A DNA stretch of 64,000 bases. Origin: Alphaproteobacteria bacterium (GTDB lineage Bacteria; Pseudomonadota; Alphaproteobacteria; SMXQ01). The stretch's first letter is position 1. Each line of letters starts with the position of its first letter. This document shows, in pieces, positions 9,698 through 21,402 of this stretch. A program made the translations under genes and the position numbers. The notes under the pieces were generated by a model. It saw nothing but the letters and a program-made list of their open reading frames with translations, ran no database searches and was not told the DNA's origin. Location of the stretch: assembly GCA_004356985.1 (NCBI GenBank), contig SMXQ01000078.1, positions 593-64,592 of the forward strand, in the 5' to 3' direction.

Positions 9698-10420
9698 ATG
9701 AACACGGCGGAATTTTTTATCAAGGGCCTGATCGTGGGCTTTCTGGTGGCCGCGCCGGTCGGCCCGGTCGCCGTAATGTGCATTCACCGCACCATCGCCC
9801 AGGGGCGTCTCGCCGGGTATGTCTGCGGCCTGGGCGCGACCCTGGCGGACACCGTTTTCGGCGCCGTCGCGGCCTTGGGCCTGGGCCTCATCGCCGCCGA
9901 GCTGATCGCCAACCAGGCCTGGTTCAGGATCGGCGGCGGCATCATCCTGGTCGCCCTTGGCCTCCGGCTGATGCTTTCCCGGCGCCTGACCCGCGGCGCC
10001 CAGGCCCAGGAGCGCCAAGAGGAGCGCCAAGAGGAAGGCCATGGGGAAGGCCATGGGGCGGCCTCCTTGTCGTCTTGGCGCGGGCTCGACCATCACATTG
10101 GCAACTTCGCCTCGGCCTTCGTGGTGATGATCACCAATCCCCTCACCCTGTTGTCCTTCGCCGCCATCTTCGCCGCCATCGACATCGCCGAGATCGGCGA
10201 AAAGAGGCTCTGGGCCTTTGCCCTGGTGGCCGGCATATTCGCCGGCGGGGCGCTGTGGTGGACCATCCTGATCACCGCCTCTTCCCTGTTCCGCCACCGC
10301 ATCGACGCGCAAGGCATCCTCTGGGTCAGCCGCGGCGCGGGCGCCCTGGTGCTGATCTTGGGCATGGTCATCCTGTTCTTCCCCGAACTCCTACCGCAAC
10401 GCGGAGCGGCGATTTCCTGA
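9698..10420 (+). CDS. LysE family translocator
   Basis: GFLVAAPVGPV, GATLAD, ITNPLT, GGALWW. Confidence 0.9.
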   Translation: MNTAEFFIKGLIVGFLVAAPVGPVAVMCIHRTIAQGRLAGYVCGLGATLADTVFGAVAALGLGLIAAELIANQAWFRIGGGIILVALGLRLMLSRRLTRGAQAQERQEERQEEGHGEGHGAASLSSWRGLDHHIGNFASAFVVMITNPLTLLSFAAIFAAIDIAEIGEKRLWAFALVAGIFAGGALWWTILITASSLFRHRIDAQGILWVSRGAGALVLILGMVILFFPELLPQRGAAIS

Positions 10421-10424
10421 CCGC

Positions 10425-10495
10425 TGCGCGGCGCAATTACCTAAATAGTAATCATATATATAAAATGATTATATTTTAGGCAATTGCGCCGCGCA
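10425..10495. repeat. 71-bp imperfect palindrome
   Basis: TGCGCGGCGCAATTACCTAAATAGTAATCAT / ATGATTATATTTTAGGCAATTGCGCCGCGCA, with ~31-bp arms. Confidence 0.85.
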
Positions 10496-10592
10496 TGAGG
10501 GGGCAATAGGGCCCCCGGAAGAGGCGGCGGAATCTTTATAACATATTGAATAATAATATAGAATTTCCCTATATCGGGAAGTTAGGGGCGGT

Positions 10593-10607
10593 TGGCACGG
10601 CCTTTGC
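10593..10607 (+). promoter_or_regulatory. Sigma54 (-24/-12) promoter of the cyanate operon
   Basis: TGGCACGGCCTTTGC matches TGGCACG-N4-TTGC; an AT-rich IHF-like site lies at about 10537-10552. Confidence 0.85.
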
Positions 10608-10663
10608 GAATGTGCCGTGGATTGCGAAAATTCTCGTATTTCCGCCAGCCAGGAGTGATTTCA

Positions 10664-12103
10664 ATGCCTTCCCCGTTCACAGACCCCTTCGATCCCCAAC
10701 GCGCCCTGACTTCGGGCTGCACATGTGGCCAGCACGAAAGCCAACGCCAACACGACGACGCCCTTGAGAGCGACGCGGTTTTGCGCAAGGCCGAAAGCGC
10801 CGGCACGGGCTTCGGCGACAGCCTGCGCGCCGAGGATTCGGCGGGCGATGAAGATCTTATCGGCCGCACGGTGGAATCCGCGGTGATGCGCGCGATCTTC
10901 CCCGACGACATCAAACGCCGGGCCTTCCTGGGTGCCGTCGGCGCCACCACCGCCGCCGCCGCCATCGCCGCCGTATTCCCCTTGGGCGCGGCCAAGGCGC
11001 TGGCGGCGGAAAAGACCGGGCCGCTGGAAAAAACCAAACTGAAGATCGGCTTCGTGCCCATCACCTGCGCCACGCCGATCATCATGGCCCATCCCATGGG
11101 CTTCTACCGGAAGTACGGGCTCGACGTCGATATCATCAAGACCGCCGGCTGGGCGGTGTCCCGCGACAAGTCGCTGTCCGGCGAATACGACGCCGCCCAT
11201 ATGTTGACGCCGATGCCGTTGGCCATCACCCTCGGCGTCGGTTCGCCGACCGTGCCCTGGACCATGCCGGCGGTGGAAAACATCAACGGCCAGGCCATCA
11301 CCCTGCACAAGAAGCACAAGGACAAGCGCGACCCCAGGCAATGGAAGGGCATGAAGTTCGCGGTGCCGTTCGACTATTCGATGCACAACTTCCTGCTGCG
11401 TTATTACGTCGCCGAACACGGGCTCGATCCCGACCGGGACATCCAGATTCGCGTGCTGCCGCCGCCCGAGATGGTCGCCAACCTGCGCGCCGAGAATGTC
11501 GACGGCTACCTTGCCCCCGATCCGTTCAACCAGCGCGCCGTCTATGACGGGATCGGCTTCATCCATCTGTTGACCAAGGACATCTGGGACGGCCACCCGT
11601 GCTGCGCCTTCGCCGCCTCCAAGCAATTCGTCACCGAAAACCCCAATACCTTCCTGGCCCTGTTCAAGGCCATCATCGACGCCACCGCCTATTCGTCGAA
11701 CAAGGAAAACCGCAAGGAAGTGGCCAAGGCGATCAGCCCGCGCAACTACCTGAACCAGCCGGAGACGGTGGTCCGCCAGGTCCTGACGGGCACCTTCGCC
11801 GACGGGCTGGGAAATATCCGCAGGGTTCCCGACCGCATCGATTTCAGCCCCTTCCCATGGCATTCCATGGCGGTGTGGATTCTCACCCAGATGAAGCGCT
11901 GGGGCTATATCAAGGGCGACATCGATTACCGCAAGGTCGCCGAGGAGGTTTTTCTCGCCACCGGCGCCAAGAAGGTGATGGCCGAGATGGGCTTGGATGC
12001 GCCCAATGAAACCTATCAATCCTACACCATCATGGGCAAGACCTTCGACCCCGCCAAGGCCGAGGCCTACGTCAAGAGCTTCGCCATCACCCGGGCCAGC
12101 TGA
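10664..12103 (+). CDS. cynA: CmpA/NrtA-family ABC substrate-binding protein, probably for cyanate
   Basis: AGGAG RBS, Tat motif KRRAFL, LKIGFVPITCATP, NINGQAI, VPFDYSMHNFLLRY; lies upstream of cynS. Confidence 0.85.
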   Translation: MPSPFTDPFDPQRALTSGCTCGQHESQRQHDDALESDAVLRKAESAGTGFGDSLRAEDSAGDEDLIGRTVESAVMRAIFPDDIKRRAFLGAVGATTAAAAIAAVFPLGAAKALAAEKTGPLEKTKLKIGFVPITCATPIIMAHPMGFYRKYGLDVDIIKTAGWAVSRDKSLSGEYDAAHMLTPMPLAITLGVGSPTVPWTMPAVENINGQAITLHKKHKDKRDPRQWKGMKFAVPFDYSMHNFLLRYYVAEHGLDPDRDIQIRVLPPPEMVANLRAENVDGYLAPDPFNQRAVYDGIGFIHLLTKDIWDGHPCCAFAASKQFVTENPNTFLALFKAIIDATAYSSNKENRKEVAKAISPRNYLNQPETVVRQVLTGTFADGLGNIRRVPDRIDFSPFPWHSMAVWILTQMKRWGYIKGDIDYRKVAEEVFLATGAKKVMAEMGLDAPNETYQSYTIMGKTFDPAKAEAYVKSFAITRAS

Positions 12104-12111
12104 CGGGGCGG

Positions 12112-12954
12112 ATGATGGAAGAATCCAAATCCCGCCATGCGCTGGCCCTGTCGGCGCTTCTCCTGGCCCTGTTTCTCGGCGGCTGGCAACTGGCCATCAG
12201 CGGCGGCGGCGGGCCGGTTCCCGACATGGACCCGGAATACGCCGCCCTCATGGGCGACATCGCCAAGGGCGGCTCGGCCTTGCCGTCGCCCCTCGATGTC
12301 GCCAAGGAGATGTGGCGGCACATTTCCGACCCCTTCTACGATAAGGGACCCAACGACAAGGGCATCGGCATCCAGCTCGCCTATTCTCTCACCCGGGTGC
12401 TGATCGGCTTCCTGATCGCCACACTGGTGGCGATCCCCTTGGGCTTCCTGATCGGCATGTCGCCGCTGTTCTACAGGGCGCTGGATCCGTTCATCCAAAT
12501 TCTCAAGCCCATCTCGCCGCTCGCGTGGATGCCGCTGGCGCTCTACACCATCAAGGATTCGGACATCTCATCGGTGTTCGTCATTTTCATCTGCTCGATC
12601 TGGCCGATGCTGATGAACACCGCGTTCGGCGTCGCCTCGGTACGCCGGGACTGGCTTAATGTCGCCAAGACCCTGGAGGTGGGCCGCCTGCGCACCGCCT
12701 TCAGGGTCATCCTCCCGGCCGCGGCCCCCACCATCATGACCGGCATGCGCATCGCCTTGGCCATCGCCTGGCTGGTGATCGTCGCCGCCGAAATGCTGGT
12801 CGGCGGCACCGGGGTCGGATACTTCGTGTGGAACGAATGGAACAACCTGTCCATCACCAACATCATCTGCGCTATCTTGTTCATCGGCCTGGTGGGCATG
12901 GCGCTGGACCAGGCGCTCCATGGCCTTTCCAAACTCGTCACCTATACGGAATAG
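12112..12954 (+). CDS. cynB: Nitrate/cyanate ABC transporter permease
   Basis: [42 protein letters not shown]. Confidence 0.85.
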   Translation: MMEESKSRHALALSALLLALFLGGWQLAISGGGGPVPDMDPEYAALMGDIAKGGSALPSPLDVAKEMWRHISDPFYDKGPNDKGIGIQLAYSLTRVLIGFLIATLVAIPLGFLIGMSPLFYRALDPFIQILKPISPLAWMPLALYTIKDSDISSVFVIFICSIWPMLMNTAFGVASVRRDWLNVAKTLEVGRLRTAFRVILPAAAPTIMTGMRIALAIAWLVIVAAEMLVGGTGVGYFVWNEWNNLSITNIICAILFIGLVGMALDQALHGLSKLVTYTE

Positions 12955-12968
12955 AACGGAGACCGGTC

Positions 12969-13865
12969 ATGGATCGCAATAATTTGATCTCCGTCGAAGG
13001 CTTGGCGCGGCGCTTCCCGGGCGCCGGCGGCGACGATCCCGTCACCGTCTTCGACGATCTGTGGTTCGCGGCGGCCAAGGGGGAATTCGTCTGCCTCATC
13101 GGCCACTCGGGCTGCGGCAAGTCGACCATCCTCAATATCCTCGCCGGCATCGACCGGCCCACCGAGGGCACGGTCATCGTCGATGGCAAAGAGGTCACCG
13201 GGCCGTCCCTCGACCGCGCCGTGGTGTTCCAGGGCCACGCCCTGATGCCCTGGATGACGACCATGGGCAACATCGCCTTCGCGGTGCGTTCCCGCTGGCC
13301 GCGCTGGCCGCGGTCCAAAATCCGCGACCACTGCCAAGCCTATATCGACATGGTCCATCTGACGGGATCGGAAAACAAGAAGCCGGCCCAGCTTTCGGGC
13401 GGCATGCGCCAACGCGTCGGCATCGCCCGGGCGCTCGCCATAGAGCCCCGGATCATGCTGCTCGACGAGCCCTTCAGCGCGCTCGATGCGCTAACCCGCG
13501 GCGCCCTTCAGGACGAGCTTTTGGATATCTGCGCCAAGACCCGCCAGACCACCTTCATGATCACCCACGATATCGACGAGGCGCTGCTGTTGGCCGATCG
13601 CATCCTGCTGATGACCAACGGCCCCAAGGCGCGGATCGCCGAAATCGTCGTCAACACGCTTCCCAAGGGGCGGACGCGCAGCGAGTTCCATCGCCACGCC
13701 AACTATTACCCCTTGCGCAATCACCTGATCGACTTCCTGGTGAGCCGCTCGGAGGCGTTGCGCGAATTGGTCGCCGGGGTCGACCCCCGCAAGCCGCCCG
13801 CGGTCTTCCCCCGGGCCGAGGAGCCCGGCCAACCACCCGCCGTCATCGCTGACGCCACCGCCTGA
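12969..13865 (+). CDS. cynD: Nitrate/cyanate ABC transporter ATP-binding protein
   Basis: [42 protein letters not shown]. Confidence 0.85.
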   Translation: MDRNNLISVEGLARRFPGAGGDDPVTVFDDLWFAAAKGEFVCLIGHSGCGKSTILNILAGIDRPTEGTVIVDGKEVTGPSLDRAVVFQGHALMPWMTTMGNIAFAVRSRWPRWPRSKIRDHCQAYIDMVHLTGSENKKPAQLSGGMRQRVGIARALAIEPRIMLLDEPFSALDALTRGALQDELLDICAKTRQTTFMITHDIDEALLLADRILLMTNGPKARIAEIVVNTLPKGRTRSEFHRHANYYPLRNHLIDFLVSRSEALRELVAGVDPRKPPAVFPRAEEPGQPPAVIADATA

Positions 13866-13913
13866 TTGATCCAACCGCGCCAACCCGCGCCCATCGACGA
13901 GAAGGACATTTCC

Positions 13914-14444
13914 ATGACCCAAGCAGAGCCCACAGAGAACGCCGTCGGCCAGCCGGCCACCACCGCCGGAGCCGCCATCGCGCCCCTGACCCGGGCCCCC
14001 ATGACCCGGGCCGATGTCACCGCCAAGATCCTCGCCGCCAAGCTGGCCAAGGGCCTGACCTGGGAGCACTTGGCGCAAGCCGTCGGCCAATCCAAGGTCT
14101 GGGCCACCGCCGCCCTGCTCGGCCAGATGCAGATGAGTAATGAGGAGGCCGAGGCCGTGGCCGGGCTGTTGGACCTCGACGAGATGGAAACCAGGCTGCT
14201 GGCGACCTGCCCGAGCCGCGGATCCCTCGGCCGCGAGGTGCCCACCGATGCGCTGATCTACCGCTTCTACGAGATCGTCCAGGTCTACGGCACCACCTTG
14301 AAGGCGGTGATCGAGGAGGAATTCGGCGACGGCATCATGAGCGCCATCGATTTCTCCATGACCGTGGAACGGGTGCCCGACCCCAACGGCGACCGGGTCA
14401 AGGTCACCATGAACGGCAAATTCCTGCCCTATAAACGCTACTAA
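13914..14444 (+). CDS. cynS: Cyanate hydratase (cyanase)
   Basis: PTDALIYRFYE, EEFGDGIMSAIDF, GKFLPY; alternative start at 14001. Confidence 0.97.
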   Translation: MTQAEPTENAVGQPATTAGAAIAPLTRAPMTRADVTAKILAAKLAKGLTWEHLAQAVGQSKVWATAALLGQMQMSNEEAEAVAGLLDLDEMETRLLATCPSRGSLGREVPTDALIYRFYEIVQVYGTTLKAVIEEEFGDGIMSAIDFSMTVERVPDPNGDRVKVTMNGKFLPYKRY

Positions 14445-14496
14445 GCGGCGGGCCCGGCGCGGGACCGGGCCTAAGGCCGGGCCCTAAAGCCAGGGC

Positions 14497-15510
14497 CTAG
14501 AGATAGCCCCGGGCCAGTTCCTCGGCGATCTGCACGGTGTTGAGCGCCGCCCCCTTGCGCAGGTTGTCCGACACCACCCACAGCGATAGGCCGTATTCCA
14601 CGGTGTCGTCGACGCGGATGCGGCTGACATAGACGGCATTCTCGCCGGCGCATTCCTCGGGCGTCACGTAACCCTCGTCGGCGCGGCGGTCGACCACCAC
14701 GATTCCCGGCGCCTCTTCGAGCGCCTCGCGCGCCTGGTCGGCGGGCAGCGGGCTCTCGAACTCGATATTGATCGCCTCGCCATGGCCGATGAACACTGGC
14801 ACCCGCACGCAGGTGGCCTGGACCTCGATGGCGGGATCGAGGATCTTCTGGGTCTCGACCCGCATCTTCCACTCTTCCTTGGTGGCGCCGTCCTCCATGA
14901 ACGCGTCGATATGGGGGATGACGTTGAAGGCGATCTGCTTGGTGAACTGCTCCTTGACCAATGGGTCGTTGACGAAGATCGCCCGGGTCTGGGTGAACAG
15001 TTCGTCCATGGCCGCCTTGCCGGCGCCCGACACCGACTGGTAGGTGGCCACCACCACCCGGCGGATGGTGGCGAGATCGTGGAGCGGCTTGAGGGCCACC
15101 ACCATCTGGATGGTCGAGCAATTGGGGTTGGCGATGATGTTGCGTTCATGGGCCCCGGCCAGGGCCTCGGGGTTGACCTCGGGCACCACCAGGGGAACGT
15201 CCTCGTCCATGCGGAAGCGCGACGAATTGTCGATCACCATGCAGCCGGCGGCGGCGGCGCGCGGCGCGTGGATGTCGGCGACCGCGGCGCCGGCGGAAAA
15301 CAGCGCGATGTCGGTGCCCTCGAAGTCGTAGTGGTCGAGCACGGCGGCCTTGAGCACCTTTTTCTCGCCGAACGACACCTCCTTGCCGCGCGAGGCCGAG
15401 GAGGCTAGCGCGACCACTTGGTCGGCGGGAAATTTCCGCTCCGACAAGGTCTGCAGCATCTCCCGGCCGACATTGCCGGTGGCGCCGACCACGGCGAGCT
15501 TGTACCCCAT
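14497..15510 (-). CDS. asd: Aspartate-semialdehyde dehydrogenase
   Basis: VVGATGNVG, IIANPNCST, YQSVSGAG, DNLRKGAALN. Confidence 0.97.
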   Translation of the reverse strand: MGYKLAVVGATGNVGREMLQTLSERKFPADQVVALASSASRGKEVSFGEKKVLKAAVLDHYDFEGTDIALFSAGAAVADIHAPRAAAAGCMVIDNSSRFRMDEDVPLVVPEVNPEALAGAHERNIIANPNCSTIQMVVALKPLHDLATIRRVVVATYQSVSGAGKAAMDELFTQTRAIFVNDPLVKEQFTKQIAFNVIPHIDAFMEDGATKEEWKMRVETQKILDPAIEVQATCVRVPVFIGHGEAINIEFESPLPADQAREALEEAPGIVVVDRRADEGYVTPEECAGENAVYVSRIRVDDTVEYGLSLWVVSDNLRKGAALNTVQIAEELARGYL

Positions 15511-15737
15511 GGGCCTAGTGTCCTGACTGTCCTATGAATGGGCGCCGATCACTTACCCCTAAAGGCGCGCGAGCGCAAGCGGGGCGGGCCCCACGCGGAG
15601 TGGATCACCTGCCCCTAAGCACGCGTTGATCATCGGCTGGCTTCAGCCCGGTAACGGGGATGGATCAGGGCCGCTGGGCCAGGCCGGGGCGGCGGGTGCC
15701 GGCCCGGGGCTCGGCGAGAACCAAGTCGAAGCCGCGC

Positions 15738-15904
15738 CGCATCACGCTGCTGAGGGAGGTAGCCTAGATGCGATACGTCTGCTTATCGCCTCTGGTGCTG
15801 ATTTGAATGTGAAAAATACGGCAGGAAAAACGCCGCTGGCGGTTTCCAAGCACCATGACCAGCCCTCCACTACCGAGTTACTTATGGATGCTGGTGGCAG
15901 GTAA
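15738..15904 (+). pseudogene. C-terminal fragment of an ankyrin-repeat protein
   Basis: HHAAEGGSLDAIRLLIASGADLNVKNTAGKTPL is an ankyrin consensus. GC content drops abruptly near 15740 and no credible 5' end exists. Confidence 0.65.
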
Positions 15905-15952
15905 TAACGAAGCCTTCTGGCTAATACCGGACGTTGGCATTATTTCTGGTAT

Positions 15953-16110
15953 TGACCAAGGCTGTTGAAAAACTATGTCATTGAAGACCTGAGCGGAACA
16001 ATTGAACCCAGGGCAAGAACCAAGTGAATCATTCTCGCCCAAATGGCCCAATGCGCGAATCTCTCTTGCGTTCCAAAGCTATCGATTTAGTTTTTCAACA
16101 GCCTCGGTCA
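15953..16110. mobile_element. MITE-like element with IS1182/IS5-type terminal inverted repeats
   Basis: TGACCAAGGCTGTTGAAAAACTA ... TAGTTTTTCAACAGCCTCGGTCA (22/23 inverted match); 158 bp with no transposase. Confidence 0.75.
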
Positions 16111-16130
16111 TAAGCGGACTTTTAATCGGT

Positions 16131-16694
16131 TCAGTAGCTCCCCAATTCGATTGTTCCAGTGGCGAGCAATAAAGATTTTTCTTTATCTGATTTCGCTTTG
16201 TAAACGGCCTTAATAATGGCGAAATAGGAATTTCCTCTGCCACCAGAGCACGGTGGGACATATCCCTTTCCCCAAGCGCGATTGTCTGCTTCGATAAAAC
16301 TACCCTTGGGTAGTTTGTCTGACAAACCAGGAACAGAAGGTAACGTGGCTGGATTCGCAGCGCCTATCCAAAATCCGATTTTTCCGTGCCCGCCATCGTA
16401 ACTTAATGGGCGATAATCGCTATCGTTAAACTCCACAATTATTGCATTAGTGCCGGAAGGAATATTATCGACGATCAGAGCGGGTGTGGCCCCGTGTCCA
16501 TCTTGGCTGGGACATTGCTGACCATCCGGGATAGTTTTTCCATCCCAAGCAGGATCAGCAAACGCAATCTTTAATTTCGGTAAATTTTCCGAAACTGCCT
16601 TGTACTCGGATGCTTCTATCTCTCCTACGGTGAGAGCCATAAGGCCTGATGCTAGGGTGAATACAGCTAGGACTGATAGCATTCTCAAAGACAT
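16131..16694 (-). CDS. Secreted protein, probably YbhB/YbcL (PEBP)-like; low GC
   Basis: Signal peptide; TPALIVDNIPSGT, EFND, GYVPPCSGGRGNSY resemble PEBP motifs. Confidence 0.6.
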   Translation of the reverse strand: MSLRMLSVLAVFTLASGLMALTVGEIEASEYKAVSENLPKLKIAFADPAWDGKTIPDGQQCPSQDGHGATPALIVDNIPSGTNAIIVEFNDSDYRPLSYDGGHGKIGFWIGAANPATLPSVPGLSDKLPKGSFIEADNRAWGKGYVPPCSGGRGNSYFAIIKAVYKAKSDKEKSLLLATGTIELGSY

Positions 16695-16849
16695 AGCACG
16701 AATCCTTCTTCTTCCCCATATTGTCCCGGAGTACAGATTAACCCCGCTAGTTCATGAAATTCAAATAAGAATTAATTTAGCGAGTAGTGGCGAACTAATT
16801 TTTTGAACTTATGTCCGCTCATAGCCCAAGGCAAACATCCCACGCGGCC

Positions 16850-17962
<1,113 letters not shown>

Positions 17963-18031
17963 GGTGTCTCATCACTGGTTGGGCATCACTGGTTGGGAAA
18001 TTGAGTTGCGGTGGCCGGGCGTGGGCCGCGC

Positions 18032-18643
18032 CTAGCCGTACAGCCAGGGCGTCGTTTTCTTCTGGCCGCTTTCGAAATCCGCGATCTCGGCCTTCTTCTG
18101 GAGGGTCAGGGCGATGTCGTCGAGCCCGTTGAGCAGGCAATTCTTGCGGAAGGGATCGATGTCGAAGGCGATCTCCTCGCCGTCGGGGCGGATCACCACC
18201 TGGCGTTCCAGGTCCACGGAAAGCCGCGCGTTCCCGCCCTTCTCCGCGTCCTCCATGAGCTTGTCCACGTCGTCCTGGGGAAGCTTGACCAACAGCATGC
18301 CGTTCTTGAACGCGTTGGTATAGAAGATATCGGCGAAATCCGGGGCGATGACGCAGCGGATGCCGAAACCGTCGAGCGCCCAGACCGCGTGTTCCCGCGA
18401 CGATCCGCAGCCGAAATTCTTGCCCGTCACCAGGATCTCGGCCTTGCGGTAGGGCTCCTTGTTGAGGACGAAATCGGGGTCTTCGGAGCCGTCGGCCTTA
18501 TAGCGGATGGCCTCGAACAGGGCCGGGCCGAGGCCGGTGCGCTTGATGGTCTTGAGCCACACGGCGGGGATGATCTTGTCGGTGTCGACGTTGATCATGG
18601 GCAAGGGCGCGGCGATGCCGGTGAGGGTGGTGAATTTTTCCAT
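18032..18643 (-). CDS. leuD: 3-isopropylmalate dehydratase small subunit
   Basis: [20 protein letters not shown]. Confidence 0.98.
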   Translation of the reverse strand: MEKFTTLTGIAAPLPMINVDTDKIIPAVWLKTIKRTGLGPALFEAIRYKADGSEDPDFVLNKEPYRKAEILVTGKNFGCGSSREHAVWALDGFGIRCVIAPDFADIFYTNAFKNGMLLVKLPQDDVDKLMEDAEKGGNARLSVDLERQVVIRPDGEEIAFDIDPFRKNCLLNGLDDIALTLQKKAEIADFESGQKKTTPWLYG

Positions 18644-18653
18644 GGCCCGCTGC

Positions 18654-20060
18654 TCAGTCGAAATCGCGCACGTCGGCGATGTGGCCGGCGATGGCCGCCG
18701 CGGCGACCATGGCCGGGCTCATCAGATGGGTGCGCCCGCCGGGGCCTTGGCGGCCCTCGAAATTACGGTTGGAGGTGGAGGCCGCGCGTTCGCCGGGCGC
18801 CAGCTTGTCGGGGTTCATGGCCAGGCACATGGAGCATCCCGGCTCACGCCACTCGAAACCGGCTTGCGTGAACACCGTGTCGAGCCCTTCGTCTTCGGCC
18901 TGTTTCTTGACCAGGCCGGAACCCGGCACCACCAGGGCGCGGATGCCAGGGGCGACCTTGCGGCCCTTGGCGATGGCGGCGGCCTCGCGCAGGTCCTCGA
19001 TGCGGCCATTGGTGCAGGACCCGATGAACGCGGTCCGGATGGGAATCCCGGCAAGCTTGGTGCCCGGCTCCAGGCCCATGTATTCCAGCGCCCGTTCCAT
19101 GGACCGGCGCTTGGCCGCGTCCTTGGCGGCGGCCGGGTCGGGAACCTGGCCGGTGATGGGCAGCACGTCCTCGGGGCTGGTGCCCCAGGTGACCAGGGGC
19201 TCGATGTCCGCCGCCGACAGGGTGATCTCGGAATCATAGGTGGCACCCGGGTCCGACGGCAGGGTCTTCCAATGGGCCAGGGCGGCATCCCATTGGTCGG
19301 CGCCCGGCGCCATGGGCCGGCCCAAAATATAGGCAAAGGTGGTCTCGTCGGGGGCGATCAGCCCGGCCCGGGCGCCGGCCTCAATGGACATGTTGCAGAC
19401 CGTCATGCGCCCTTCCATGGAAAGTGCCGAGATCGCCTCGCCGGTGTATTCAATGACGTGGCCGGTGCCGCCGGCGGTGCCGATTTGGCCGATGATGGCG
19501 AGGATGATGTCCTTGGCGCCGACCCCCGGATGGGGGCTGCCGGTGACCGTGATGCGCATGTTCTTGGCCGGTTTCTGGATCAGCGTCTGGGTGGCGAGAA
19601 CGTGTTCCACCTCGGACGTGCCGACGCCGAAGGCGAGCGCCCCGAAGGCGCCATGGGTGGCGGTGTGGGAATCGCCGCAGACGATGGTCATGCCGGGCTG
19701 GGTGAAGCCCTGCTCGGGGCCGATGATATGGACGATCCCCTGGCGGATATCGGTCAACGGGAAATAGGGCAGGCCGAATTCGGCGGCGTTCTTTTCCAGG
19801 GTCTCGACCTGGATGCGCGAATCGTCGTCGGCGATGGGCTTGTCGCGGTCGGTGGTGGGTACGTTGTGGTCGGCCACCACCAGGGTCGCCTCGGGGCGGC
19901 GCGCCTTGCGCCCGGCCAAGCGCAGTCCGTCGAAGGCCTGGGCGCTGGTCACCTCGTGCACCATGTGGCGGTCGATATACAACAAGCATGTGCCGTCGGC
20001 ATCCCGGCGGACGACGTGGCTGTCCCAAATCTTGTCGAACAGCGTCTTTGGGGAGGTCAT
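18654..20060 (-). CDS. leuC: 3-isopropylmalate dehydratase large subunit
   Basis: [51 protein letters not shown]. Confidence 0.98.
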   Translation of the reverse strand: MTSPKTLFDKIWDSHVVRRDADGTCLLYIDRHMVHEVTSAQAFDGLRLAGRKARRPEATLVVADHNVPTTDRDKPIADDDSRIQVETLEKNAAEFGLPYFPLTDIRQGIVHIIGPEQGFTQPGMTIVCGDSHTATHGAFGALAFGVGTSEVEHVLATQTLIQKPAKNMRITVTGSPHPGVGAKDIILAIIGQIGTAGGTGHVIEYTGEAISALSMEGRMTVCNMSIEAGARAGLIAPDETTFAYILGRPMAPGADQWDAALAHWKTLPSDPGATYDSEITLSAADIEPLVTWGTSPEDVLPITGQVPDPAAAKDAAKRRSMERALEYMGLEPGTKLAGIPIRTAFIGSCTNGRIEDLREAAAIAKGRKVAPGIRALVVPGSGLVKKQAEDEGLDTVFTQAGFEWREPGCSMCLAMNPDKLAPGERAASTSNRNFEGRQGPGGRTHLMSPAMVAAAAIAGHIADVRDFD

Positions 20061-20114
20061 GGTGTCCTCGTCTGTTTCCCGGGCGCGATGCGACGACCCA
20101 GGCGGTTTCGCGGG

Positions 20115-20603
20115 TTAGTCCTTTTTCTTGGCTTTTTTGGCTTTCTTGGTTTTCTCGGTTTTCTTGGCTTTCGGCGCTTGGGTCTCGGCCTTGATTTCGG
20201 GCGCCGCCAAGTCCGTCGCCGCGGCGGCGGCCTTGTCGGGGCGGCGGGTGACCCGTTCGGCGATGCGCGCGCGCTTGCCCGTGCGCCCGCGCAGGTAATA
20301 CAGCTTGGCCCGGCGCACGGCGCCCCGGCGCTTCACCTCGATGCCGACGATATTAGGGGAAAACAGCGGGAAAATCCGTTCCACCCCCTCGCCATAGGAC
20401 AGCTTGCGGACCGTGAAGGACGAGTTCACCCCGGCGTTCTTACGGCCGATACACACGCCCTCGAAGGCCTGGACCCTCTCGCGCGTGCCCTCGACCACCT
20501 TGACGCTGACGCGCACGGTGTCGCCGGGGCCGAAATCGGGCACCTCCCTCATGGCCGTCAGCCGCTCCATTTCCTTGGCCTCGAGCTTTTCGATGATATT
20601 CAT
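20115..20603 (-). CDS. rplS: 50S ribosomal protein L19 with Lys-rich C-terminal extension
   Basis: [37 protein letters not shown]. Confidence 0.98.
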   Translation of the reverse strand: MNIIEKLEAKEMERLTAMREVPDFGPGDTVRVSVKVVEGTRERVQAFEGVCIGRKNAGVNSSFTVRKLSYGEGVERIFPLFSPNIVGIEVKRRGAVRRAKLYYLRGRTGKRARIAERVTRRPDKAAAAATDLAAPEIKAETQAPKAKKTEKTKKAKKAKKKD

Positions 20604-20670
20604 GACTCCGTTCCTTGCATTCCGCCGCCTGGGGTCGCGCCCGAGGCGGGCCTTGGTGAACTTCCGATGG

Positions 20671-21402
20671 TCAGGCCTTCTCCGCCAAGCGCCGGAGGTG
20701 ACGGTCCCAGAGGTCCGGCCGCCGCGCTTGGGTGATCATTTCCATTTGCTCCCGGCGCCAGGCCCGGACCTTTTCATGGTGCCCCGACACCAGGATATCG
20801 GGGACCGTTCGGCCTTGCCAATCCCTGGGCCGGGTGTAATGGGGGTATTCCAGCAGATCGTCGGTGAAACTTTCCTCGTCAAGGCTCTCGGCGTTTCCCA
20901 CGACGCCGGCCAAAAGGCGCACGCAGGCATCGATGAGGACCATGGCGGCGGGCTCGCCGCCGGACAGCACGAAATCGCCGATGCTCACCTCTTCCAGGGC
21001 GCGGGCGCCGATGACGCGCTCGTCGATCCCTTCATAGCGCCCGCAAAGCAGGGTCACCCCGGGCCCCCGGGCCAGCTCGCGCGCCCGCGCCTGATTCAAA
21101 AGCCGGCCCCTGGGGCTCAGGTAAATGGCCGGCGCCCCGGGGCAGACCGCCATGGCCGCCGCCATGGCGGCGTCGACGATGTCGGGTTTCATCACCAAGG
21201 AGGCGCCGCCGCCAAACGGCGCGGCATCCACGGTGCGGTGCTTGTCGCGGGCGAAGTCCCGGATATCCAGGGTCTCCAGCCGCCACAGCCCTCCGGCCAG
21301 CGCCCGGCCGGCCAACGAATGGCCGAGCGGCCCGGGGAACATGTCCGGGAACAGGGTCGCCACGGTGGCCGTCCAGGGGCCTTGATGGGTCTCGGTCTTC
21401 AT
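20671..21402 (-). CDS. trmD: tRNA (guanine-N1)-methyltransferase
   Basis: [41 protein letters not shown]. Confidence 0.97.
   Translation of the reverse strand: MKTETHQGPWTATVATLFPDMFPGPLGHSLAGRALAGGLWRLETLDIRDFARDKHRTVDAAPFGGGASLVMKPDIVDAAMAAAMAVCPGAPAIYLSPRGRLLNQARARELARGPGVTLLCGRYEGIDERVIGARALEEVSIGDFVLSGGEPAAMVLIDACVRLLAGVVGNAESLDEESFTDDLLEYPHYTRPRDWQGRTVPDILVSGHHEKVRAWRREQMEMITQARRPDLWDRHLRRLAEKA

Noticed and set aside
10440-10560. dif site
   Set aside because: No XerC/XerD arm match; better explained as a palindrome plus IHF-like tract of a sigma54 promoter
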